64,000 bases of DNA, taken from positions 169 to 64,168 of the forward strand of contig CBFHHY010000009.1 of NCBI GenBank assembly GCA_965655795.1. The letters are read 5' to 3'. Origin of the DNA: an uncultured Schleiferiaceae bacterium (lineage in GTDB: Bacteria > Bacteroidota > Bacteroidia > Flavobacteriales > Schleiferiaceae). The notes beneath the pieces are model-generated. The model ran no database searches. It worked only from the letters and a program-made list of their open reading frames with translations, and was not told the DNA's origin. Of the stretch, positions 50,253 to 58,477 are shown piece after piece. A program made the translations under genes and the position numbers. Position 1 is the stretch's first letter. Every line of letters begins with the position of its first letter.

Positions 50253-50729
50253 GTGTTTAGGCTAAAAAAATCATATTTTTTATTAATGTCCCTACTTCTT
50301 TTTTCGTGCGGTAACCCCCCAGTTGTACAAACTTTAATTAGTAATGTTGATGAAGTCTGGTGGCAAGATAGCGCACTAAGTGTTGACATTTCAATCGTTG
50401 ACACCTCCGCTGTTTATCGCGTTTCATTTCGATTAAGACACACTTCAGAATACCCCTACAGCAACTTGTTCCTATTTCGTGACGTTCTCTCCGAAACTCA
50501 AACTGAATACCAGGATACCGTAGAAATAAGATTAGTTAATTCAGGGTCGTGGGTTGGAAAAGGAATTGGCCCCCTGAAAACAATTAACCTACCTTATCAT
50601 CAAAATGGAGTAAAATTTCCCAGACCGGGAAATTATAGATTCGTCTTTTATCACGGTATGAGAGATGAACCACTAAAGGGCATAAAAGATCTAGCGCTTG
50701 TAATCAGTTCTGAAAGTTCAATAAACTAA
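50253..50729 (+). CDS. gldH: Gliding-motility / T9SS-associated lipoprotein GldH
   Basis: 158 aa with lipobox LLFSCG. Family-typical features are W.QDS, LRHTSEYPYSNLFLF, and the G.Y.F...HGMR pattern. The GTG start is followed 2 nt after its stop by the PBP1A gene. Confidence 0.75.
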   Translation: MFRLKKSYFLLMSLLLFSCGNPPVVQTLISNVDEVWWQDSALSVDISIVDTSAVYRVSFRLRHTSEYPYSNLFLFRDVLSETQTEYQDTVEIRLVNSGSWVGKGIGPLKTINLPYHQNGVKFPRPGNYRFVFYHGMRDEPLKGIKDLALVISSESSIN

Positions 50730-50731
50730 AT

Positions 50732-53032
50732 ATGAAAAAAAAAACATCAGTTTCAGATGATTTCCATGGTTATGTAAAAGCTCTTTGGATCTGTATTGCC
50801 TCTATTCCGCTTGCGATAGTTTTTATTTTCTTATTAGTGCGTCTAGGGTTCTTTGGTGAGCTTCCATCCACAGAGGAAATAACAAATCCAAAATCCTATT
50901 TAGCAACTGAAATTCTATCATCTGATGGAAATCAAATTGGAACTTTTTTTCATGAAAATCGTGTTCATGTTGAGTACGAAGAAATCCCTAAAAACCTAAT
51001 CAATGCATTAGTTTCTACTGAAGATGAGCGGTTTTTTCAACATTCTGGAATAGATTTTAGAAGCTTAGGGCGTGCGCTAATCTCTCTAGGCTCTGGTGGG
51101 GGAGGCTCAACAATAACGCAACAATTAGCTAAATTAATGTTTACTCAAGACCCGGCTCGAGGAATCTTAGTTCGTGTTTTACAAAAACTCAAAGAATGGG
51201 TAATTGCTATTGAAATCGAACGAAGGTACACGAAACAAGAAATTTTAACTATGTATCTAAACAAGTTTGATTTTCTTTACCAAGCAGTAGGAATTCATAG
51301 TGCCAGTAATGTTTATTTTGGTAAAAACCCTATTGAGTTAAACATAGAAGAGTCTGCCCTATTGGTTGGGATGTGTAAAAACCCCTCGTATTACAACCCT
51401 GCGCGAGAAAGCCGTTTCGAGCTGGCAAAAAACCGAAGGAATACAGTTCTTGGGCAGTTAAGAAGAAATGAATTCATCAACGATTTTGAACTAGACTCTT
51501 TAAGATCAATACCCGTCAATTTAAATTTTAACCCAAAAGGACACGATAAAGGCTTGGCTCCTTATTTGAGAGAAAATATTCGTGCTTACATGAAAGACTG
51601 GATTTCCAAAACCCCCAAAGCCAACGGAGAGAGGTACAATTTATATACAGATGGCTTAAAAATTTACACTACCATAGATAGTAGAATTCAAGCCTCTGCA
51701 GAAAAGGCGGTTAAAAAGCATATGAAAAATTTACAACGTGTGTTTTTTAAACGAATAGAAAACAGAAAGGCTGGTCCCTTTTATTTCCCTGATGAACTTT
51801 CTTATGACGAGGGACAAAAAATAATCAAGCGGGCAATGCGCAAAACTTCTAGGTATAAAAATTTAAAAAAAATAGGCTTGTCCGAAAAAAAAATAATTGA
51901 TGTATTTAACTCTCCGGTAGAAATGAGTTTATTTTCTCATGATGGAGATATTGACACTATTATGAGCCCATTTGATTCTATTCAATACTATAAGAGTATT
52001 TATCAAGCAGGGCTTTTAAGCGTCGAACCTCAAACTGGATTTATAAAAGCTTGGGTTGGTGGTGTTGACTTTAAACACTTTAAATATGACGCGGTAATGC
52101 AGGGCAAAAGGCAAGTAGGGTCGACATTTAAACCCTTTGTTTATGCAGCAGCTATATCAGATAAAAAATATTCACCCTGTATGGAGGTGCCTAATATTCA
52201 AACATGTATTGACTCTGGACAATTTGGGCTAAAAGAGCCATGGTGTCCAAAAAACTCAAATGATAAATATGGGGGAGTTTTAACTTTAAAAAAAGCAATA
52301 GCCGGTTCAATAAATACCGTAACAACATTTTTAATGAAACAGATAGGGCCAAGCCCTGTTTCTTCAATGGCTAAATCACTTGGGATCAAATCCAGAGTTC
52401 CTGTCGTCCCGTCTATTGCACTTGGAACGCTTGATTTATCTGTCTACGAATTAGTTGGAGCATATACCGCTTTTGGCAATAAAGGACTCTACACAGAGCC
52501 AATTGTAATCTTGCGAATAGAAGATAAAAATGGAGTTTTACTCGAAGATTTTTCGCCTACCACAAGAGAAGTATTTTCTCCCGAAGTCGCCTATACTGTA
52601 GTAAACCTTTTAGAAGGTGTGACAGAGAGTGGTACAGGTATTCGTTTAAGACATTCCGGTGGCAAATACAGATATAATGTAGTAACTGACTACCCGTACA
52701 ATTTCACGAATCCAATAGCCGGGAAAACTGGAACAACTCAAAATAACTCTGACGGCTGGTTTATTGGAATGGTCCCAAATTTAATTACTGGAATTTGGAC
52801 GGGCTGTCAAGATCGTTCTGCACATTTTGGGACAACTGAATTTGGACAAGGAGCAACAACAGCTTTACCCATTTGGGCAATACTTATGAAGGACCTTTAT
52901 ACACAACCCAAGATTGGTATAAGCCAAGGGGATTTTGAAAAGCCAAAAGGGCCTATGAGCATAGCTTTAGATTGTAATTCCTATCTCAAGCAAAGTTTAG
53001 AGATAGACAATGAGCAATCAGAATATAATTAA
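50732..53032 (+). CDS. Class A penicillin-binding protein (PBP1A; glycosyltransferase plus transpeptidase)
   Basis: GT51 motifs EDERFFQHSGID and GGSTITQQLAK. Transpeptidase motifs STFKP, SIN (AGSINT) and KTGTT. Confidence 0.93.
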   Translation: MKKKTSVSDDFHGYVKALWICIASIPLAIVFIFLLVRLGFFGELPSTEEITNPKSYLATEILSSDGNQIGTFFHENRVHVEYEEIPKNLINALVSTEDERFFQHSGIDFRSLGRALISLGSGGGGSTITQQLAKLMFTQDPARGILVRVLQKLKEWVIAIEIERRYTKQEILTMYLNKFDFLYQAVGIHSASNVYFGKNPIELNIEESALLVGMCKNPSYYNPARESRFELAKNRRNTVLGQLRRNEFINDFELDSLRSIPVNLNFNPKGHDKGLAPYLRENIRAYMKDWISKTPKANGERYNLYTDGLKIYTTIDSRIQASAEKAVKKHMKNLQRVFFKRIENRKAGPFYFPDELSYDEGQKIIKRAMRKTSRYKNLKKIGLSEKKIIDVFNSPVEMSLFSHDGDIDTIMSPFDSIQYYKSIYQAGLLSVEPQTGFIKAWVGGVDFKHFKYDAVMQGKRQVGSTFKPFVYAAAISDKKYSPCMEVPNIQTCIDSGQFGLKEPWCPKNSNDKYGGVLTLKKAIAGSINTVTTFLMKQIGPSPVSSMAKSLGIKSRVPVVPSIALGTLDLSVYELVGAYTAFGNKGLYTEPIVILRIEDKNGVLLEDFSPTTREVFSPEVAYTVVNLLEGVTESGTGIRLRHSGGKYRYNVVTDYPYNFTNPIAGKTGTTQNNSDGWFIGMVPNLITGIWTGCQDRSAHFGTTEFGQGATTALPIWAILMKDLYTQPKIGISQGDFEKPKGPMSIALDCNSYLKQSLEIDNEQSEYN

Positions 53033-53043
53033 TTACAAAAAAG

Positions 53044-53742
53044 ATGATCAGTAAAGCTTTTAACAGTGTTGACGATGCCCTGTCGGGCCTCAAAGATAAC
53101 ATGACTATAATGTTTGGTGGATTTGGACTCTCAGGGATTCCCGAAAATTCGATAGCGGCAATAAGAAAAAAAGGAACCAAAAATTTAACTTGTATATCAA
53201 ATAATGCCGGAGTTGATGGCTTTGGTTTAGGATTGCTATTAGAAAATCATCAAATAAAAAAAATGATAAGCTCATACGTAGGTGAGAACGATGAGTTCGA
53301 AAGACAAATGTTATCTGGAGAATTAGAAGTTGAACTCATTCCCCAAGGGACTCTTGCTGAAAGATGTAGGGCGGCTGGGGCTGGAATCCCAGCATTTTTT
53401 ACACCTGCAGGATACGGAACAGAAGTTGCTGAGGGTAAAGAAGTGAGAGTATTTGATGGTAAGCCTCATATACTTGAACTTGCGTTCGACGCCTCTTTTG
53501 CTTTTGTTAAAGCTTGGAGGGGAGACGAAGCGGGAAATTTGATTTTTAAAGGGACCGCCCGCAACTTTAATCCTGCCATGGCTATGGCCGGAAAAATAAC
53601 TGTTGCAGAAGTAGAAGAGCTTCTCCCTATAGGAAACTTAGATCCCAATAATATCCATGTTCCTGGTGTCTTTGTTCACAGAATTTTTCAAGGTGAAAAA
53701 TTTGAAAAACGCATTGAACAAAGAACTGTTACTAAAAAATAA
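53044..53742 (+). CDS. scoA: 3-oxoacid CoA-transferase subunit A
   Basis: 232 aa with GGFGLSGIPE, ELIPQGTLAER and EEL..G.LDP motifs. Confidence 0.92.
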   Translation: MISKAFNSVDDALSGLKDNMTIMFGGFGLSGIPENSIAAIRKKGTKNLTCISNNAGVDGFGLGLLLENHQIKKMISSYVGENDEFERQMLSGELEVELIPQGTLAERCRAAGAGIPAFFTPAGYGTEVAEGKEVRVFDGKPHILELAFDASFAFVKAWRGDEAGNLIFKGTARNFNPAMAMAGKITVAEVEELLPIGNLDPNNIHVPGVFVHRIFQGEKFEKRIEQRTVTKK

Positions 53743-53756
53743 TAATTTCAACTATC

Positions 53757-54416
53757 ATGGCTTTAGATAAAAACGGGATTGCACAAAGAATTGCTCAAGA
53801 ACTAAAAAATGGTTGGTATATAAATCTAGGTATTGGCATACCTACATTAGTAGCTAATTATTTAAAAAAGGATATAAACGTAGAATTTCAGTCAGAAAAT
53901 GGGATTCTAGGGATGGGCCCATTCCCATATGAGGGAGAAGAAGACGCTGACTTAATTAATGCGGGCAAACAAACAATAACGGCCTTGCCAGGGGCTTCAT
54001 TTTTTGATAGTGTAATGAGTTTTGGGATGATTCGATCCAAAAAAATCCAGCTTACGGTCCTTGGCGCGATGGAAGTCTCCGAAGGGGGTGATATTGCGAA
54101 TTGGAAAATCCCAGGAAAAATGGTTAAAGGAATGGGGGGGGCAATGGACCTTGTTGCTAGCTCTGACAATATTATTGTCGCTATGCAGCATACCAACAGA
54201 AAAGGAGAATCTAAGCTTTTATCTAAATGTTCCTTACCAATTACCGGGGTGAATTGCGTAAAAAAAATAGTGACAGACTTAGCTGTTTTAGAGGTTAATT
54301 CTAAAATGGGGTTTGTGTTAAAAGAAAGAGCGCCAGGTGTCTCAATTGAGGAAATTGCCTCAAAGACCAAGGGGAAGTTATTTATCCCTGAAAATGTTCC
54401 TGAAATGGTGTTTTAA
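53757..54416 (+). CDS. scoB: 3-oxoacid CoA-transferase subunit B
   Basis: 219 aa with the catalytic-Glu region FQSENGILG and GGAMDLV. Confidence 0.92.
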   Translation: MALDKNGIAQRIAQELKNGWYINLGIGIPTLVANYLKKDINVEFQSENGILGMGPFPYEGEEDADLINAGKQTITALPGASFFDSVMSFGMIRSKKIQLTVLGAMEVSEGGDIANWKIPGKMVKGMGGAMDLVASSDNIIVAMQHTNRKGESKLLSKCSLPITGVNCVKKIVTDLAVLEVNSKMGFVLKERAPGVSIEEIASKTKGKLFIPENVPEMVF

Positions 54417-54417
54417 C

Positions 54418-55887
54418 CTATCGTAGTGTTATAATTCTGTTGCTCATATAATTTACTACTCTTTCGTCATGGCTAATAAAAATATAGCTGAATCCATATT
54501 TTTCTTTCAAGTCGTTTAATAGGTTTAAAACTTTAGCCTGTACGCTTAAATCTAGAGCTGCTACACTTTCATCACAAATCAAAACCTTCGGACCTAAAGC
54601 TAAAGCTCGAGCGATTCCAATTCGTTGCCGCTGACCCCCACTAAATTGATGAGGATATTTCCTGCGAGAATCATTTTCTATTCCAACCGAGCTCAAAAGC
54701 TCTGTGATTTTTTTATGTCTTTCACTTTTATTTTTATACAGTCCATGTGCTTCCATTGGTTCGCACAAAATCTCCTCAATGGTCATTTTTGGACTGAGAC
54801 TTGAAAATGGATCCTGAAATATATATTGTATTTCTTTCGCTAATCTCTTTTTTTCAATTGAATTCATCTTTTCTATACGCCTACCTCTATATTTTATCTC
54901 TCCCCCGGAAACCGGCTCAAGGTTTACAATGCATTTGCCAAGTGTTGACTTTCCACTTCCCGAAGGTCCAACCAAGCCCAATGTCTCCCCCTCTCTAAGC
55001 ACTAACGAAATATTATTCAAAATGAGCTTTTTAGAGTAGTATTTTTCTAAATTTTTCACCTCTAAAATTACTGAGCCAATTGATGTTTGTAGTTTTTCGG
55101 ATTTACGATAAACCTTGTTATCCATAAAATCATCAATAGTTGATAGTCGATAAGGTTTTTTATCCTTAGGAGGCCTCGCGGCTAAAAGGCCTTTAGTATA
55201 TGCCATTTGTGGTGATAATAAAACCTCACTTGTTTTCCCGCTCTCCACCTCTCTTCCTTTGTGGATGACCATAATATCATTAGAAATTCTCTTAACTACG
55301 TCAATATCATGACTAATAAACAATAAAGAGACCTGCTTTTCTATTTGTAGATCATGTATTAATGATAAAATATCATCGGCAACTCTTTGGTCTAAAGCTG
55401 TAGTTGGTTCATCTGCAATTAATAATTCTGGCTGCATTATCATTGCCATGGCAATCATGACTCTTTGCCTTTCTCCACCACTTAATTGGTGAGGGTATTT
55501 TAAAAATGCAGTTTTTGCATTTTTTATTTTTACTTTATCAATCCACATTATTGCCTCTTCCTTCGCCTGCGGCTTTGTTAACTTTAAAGAAGTCATCGCC
55601 CCTTCCATTATTTGCTCACCGACGCGCATAGTTGGGTTCAAAGAAGACATTGGCTCTTGAAAGATCATAGCTTTCTTTATAGCATTAACTTTCTTTGATT
55701 CACTATAATCACAAGGATTTAATTGGGGAGGTAAAAGCCCCATCAGCGTCAGGGCAATCATAGATTTTCCCGAGCCTGACTCGCCTACCAATGCAAGACA
55801 TTTGCCTTTTTTTATTTTGAACGATATATTTTTTACTATCGGCCCTGAGGGTCCATGAATAGAAAGATCCTTTACAAAAAGCATCAT
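54418..55887 (-). CDS. Tandem-ATPase ABC protein (DppD/DppF-like fused, YejF-like)
   Basis: There are two complete nucleotide-binding domains: GESGSGKS / LSGGERQR / LLIADEPT and GPSGSGKST / FSGGQRQR / VLICDESV. I prefer the ATG at 55887; the ORF-track start at 55905 is a TTG. Confidence 0.88.
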   Translation of the reverse strand: MMLFVKDLSIHGPSGPIVKNISFKIKKGKCLALVGESGSGKSMIALTLMGLLPPQLNPCDYSESKKVNAIKKAMIFQEPMSSLNPTMRVGEQIMEGAMTSLKLTKPQAKEEAIMWIDKVKIKNAKTAFLKYPHQLSGGERQRVMIAMAMIMQPELLIADEPTTALDQRVADDILSLIHDLQIEKQVSLLFISHDIDVVKRISNDIMVIHKGREVESGKTSEVLLSPQMAYTKGLLAARPPKDKKPYRLSTIDDFMDNKVYRKSEKLQTSIGSVILEVKNLEKYYSKKLILNNISLVLREGETLGLVGPSGSGKSTLGKCIVNLEPVSGGEIKYRGRRIEKMNSIEKKRLAKEIQYIFQDPFSSLSPKMTIEEILCEPMEAHGLYKNKSERHKKITELLSSVGIENDSRRKYPHQFSGGQRQRIGIARALALGPKVLICDESVAALDLSVQAKVLNLLNDLKEKYGFSYIFISHDERVVNYMSNRIITLR

Positions 55888-55901
55888 TGAATTACTCTTA
55901 T

Positions 55902-57155
55902 TCAATTTTCTAAATCATCATTATTTAACGGCAAAGCGTCTGACTCTTGGCGGTTGTCCTTCAGCTCATAAGAACCTGGGTCTTCAATTACATTTTGCTT
56001 TATGTTATCCTGATGGTCGTTGATGATTTTTTGTTTATTTCCATATTCTTTAACAGTTAACATAAATGGGGACAGCTTCTCTGATTTCTCTCCTCCAGAA
56101 TGACCTGTTCTTACGATCACTAGATCAGATTTAGGAAGAACAATAATCCATTGACCTAAGTGACCTTTAAAAGCTACATATGGATGTTTTTCTTCTGATT
56201 GATCTGAAGGCACTGTGCCAAGCCAAAATGATAAGCCATAGTACTGATGGGTACCAGGGGTTGTTGCAGACTGCAAAAAAGAACTGTCAACTATTCTATC
56301 CCCGTTCCAATAGCCATTATCCAATATAAGCTTACCAAGCCGACCATAATCTCGGGCAGTAGCATTATAACAACAATAACTTAAGGCGTTGTCGGTTTCG
56401 TCTAAATGCCAAAAAGCATCAGACTCTGCGCCTAAAGGGGTCCATAACTTCTCAGAAGCATAATCATAAATTTTTGTTCCCGTAGCCGCTTCGAGACAAA
56501 AGCCCAATAAAGAAGTTGCTGCAGACTGATATTTAAACCTCAAACCTACCTCAGGTCCTATTTTCCGACTAACTACAGTTTGATACACATCACTTCCATA
56601 ATAAGCTTTTGCTTGAATGCCGAAGGGATTATAATAGTCTTCATCCCAGTCTATGTCTGCGGTCATCCCTGAGAGGTTTGCTAAAGTTAAAATTGAACTC
56701 CCAGGGCCTTTTAATTCCGGTATATATTTCAGGACTTTCTCATCCCAACTCGAAATGTCTCCTTCTTGAATTGCTATTTGAACAAGGATTGTAACTATGG
56801 ATTTCGCCATAGAAAAAGAATTTGTTTGTGACTCTTGAACTACGTCACTGTCATAATGCTCATAGCGCAATGTATCTCTATCAAAAACCAAAAATGCACC
56901 CGTCTCAATCTCTTCAAGAACTTCTTGTAATTCTGTTGAGGGAATATGATTTTCAGAAAACTGAATAGGCCATGGGGAAGGAGCGGAAGCCTTAATATGT
57001 CCCTTTTCAAAACTCTCTCCATCAAAAATATTCGCTGTTGTATGCCCCTTGAGATATGTTACATATACTCCCTTAAATAAATAGCTATACCAAGATACTT
57101 TTACAAGAAGCAAAAGAAGCACAAGGGTAATGATCGACTTAAATATTTTGTTCAT
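55902..57155 (-). CDS. Membrane-anchored serine hydrolase (beta-lactamase/PBP4*-like family)
   Basis: An N-terminal TM helix, an SxxK motif (FSMAKS), a YxN-like motif (CYNA) and an HxG-like third motif are present. Confidence 0.78.
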   Translation of the reverse strand: MNKIFKSIITLVLLLLLVKVSWYSYLFKGVYVTYLKGHTTANIFDGESFEKGHIKASAPSPWPIQFSENHIPSTELQEVLEEIETGAFLVFDRDTLRYEHYDSDVVQESQTNSFSMAKSIVTILVQIAIQEGDISSWDEKVLKYIPELKGPGSSILTLANLSGMTADIDWDEDYYNPFGIQAKAYYGSDVYQTVVSRKIGPEVGLRFKYQSAATSLLGFCLEAATGTKIYDYASEKLWTPLGAESDAFWHLDETDNALSYCCYNATARDYGRLGKLILDNGYWNGDRIVDSSFLQSATTPGTHQYYGLSFWLGTVPSDQSEEKHPYVAFKGHLGQWIIVLPKSDLVIVRTGHSGGEKSEKLSPFMLTVKEYGNKQKIINDHQDNIKQNVIEDPGSYELKDNRQESDALPLNNDDLEN

Positions 57156-57206
57156 CTTTTAAAAGTTAAGGTTTTGATTCCTGATTTCAATTATGTCTTG
57201 AGTTTT

Positions 57207-57926
57207 TTATTTCGAAAAATCTACTAATCTGACATTAAATCGCTTCTCAAAATACTTCTTGACTTTCTGCTTCACCTCAAGTATGTCCATTTTTTCTCCT
57301 ATTTCCGCACTTAAACTTGTAACTGCTTTATCTGATATTCCACAAGGAACGATGTGTTGAAAATATTTAAGATCAGTATTGACATTAAAAGCCCACCCGT
57401 GCATTGTAACCCAGCGGCTTGCGCGAACCCCTAAGGCGCATATTTTTCTGGCAAAGGGTGTTCCACCTTCCAACCAAACTCCTGTCTCCCCAGCGATCCT
57501 TCCTCCCTTTATCCCGTATTCAGTTAATGTGTCTATAATCACATCTTCCAAAGTTCGCAGGTAGCGATGAATGTCCGTATAAAAGTGGTCCAGATTGAGA
57601 ATTGGGTATCCAACAATTTGACCCGGGCCATGAAAAGTAATATCACCACCTCTATTAATTTTAAAAAATTCTATTCCTAGATTCTCTAATTGACTAACAT
57701 CTGTTAAAAGATTATTCATATCGCCACTTTTTCCAAGAGTAAAAACAGGTTTATGCTCAGCAAATAGCAAATAATCAGAAGTTCTTTGTTTCTCAGACGG
57801 TGATTTTTTTCGATTACTAATTTTTGCATCAATAACCCCTGAAAATATTTTTTCCTGAATGTCCCATGCTTCTTTATAGCCGATAAGTCCTAAATCATTA
57901 AAAACAACTGGTTTCAATTTTGACAA
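57207..57926 (-). CDS. lipB: Lipoyl(octanoyl) transferase LipB
   Basis: 239 aa with RGGDITFHGPGQ, the catalytic region KICALGV and PCGI. It apparently uses a TTG start; there is no in-frame ATG before the conserved core. Confidence 0.92.
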   Translation of the reverse strand: MSKLKPVVFNDLGLIGYKEAWDIQEKIFSGVIDAKISNRKKSPSEKQRTSDYLLFAEHKPVFTLGKSGDMNNLLTDVSQLENLGIEFFKINRGGDITFHGPGQIVGYPILNLDHFYTDIHRYLRTLEDVIIDTLTEYGIKGGRIAGETGVWLEGGTPFARKICALGVRASRWVTMHGWAFNVNTDLKYFQHIVPCGISDKAVTSLSAEIGEKMDILEVKQKVKKYFEKRFNVRLVDFSK

Positions 57927-58015
57927 TTACTAAATTTCTTAAAAAACACAAGCATAATTAAAGACTTCGAATATTTCTTGGCTTGTTCGGTCAAAAATAC
58001 GAAATTGGGGATTCT

Positions 58016-58477
58016 ATGACCACTTTTAAAATTCATTCACTTTCAGAACTCAGTCAAAAAGAGTTATATGAAATTTTAGCCTTGCGCGCTGAAGTTTTCA
58101 TAGTTGAACAAAAATGTGCTTATCAAGATCTCGACGGTAAAGATGGGGATTCATTGCATGCACGACTAATCGAAAACAATAAAATTTGTGCTTATTGCAG
58201 AATAATTCCTCCAGGTATCATATTTGAAGAAATTAGTATCGGTCGAGTATTAACACCTCTTAATTATAGAAGTCTAGGCCTCGGAAAAGAAATTATGAAA
58301 AAATCCATCGCTCTTTGCTTTGAACTTTATCCAAATAAGGACATATTAATTATGGCGCAATCATATCTTGTCAGATTTTATAAGCAATTAGGATTTAAAA
58401 TAGAGAAAGATGAATTTCTTGAAGATGGCATACCTCACAGATGGATGCGCTTACATGAAAACATGCCTAATCAATAA
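58016..58477 (+). CDS. GNAT-family N-acetyltransferase (ElaA-like)
   Basis: LYEILALRAEVFIVEQKCAYQDLDGKD is ElaA-like, and RSLGLGKEIM is the acetyl-CoA-binding motif. I prefer the ATG at 58016. Confidence 0.8.
   Translation: MTTFKIHSLSELSQKELYEILALRAEVFIVEQKCAYQDLDGKDGDSLHARLIENNKICAYCRIIPPGIIFEEISIGRVLTPLNYRSLGLGKEIMKKSIALCFELYPNKDILIMAQSYLVRFYKQLGFKIEKDEFLEDGIPHRWMRLHENMPNQ

Noticed and set aside
53888-54370. 160-aa ORF antisense to scoB; similar antisense ORFs occur at 53997-54191 and 54061-54252
   Set aside because: It is fully nested opposite a strongly conserved CoA-transferase gene. It has a low-complexity S/P/I-rich translation and no start context or promoter box. This is the typical frame-shadow ORF.
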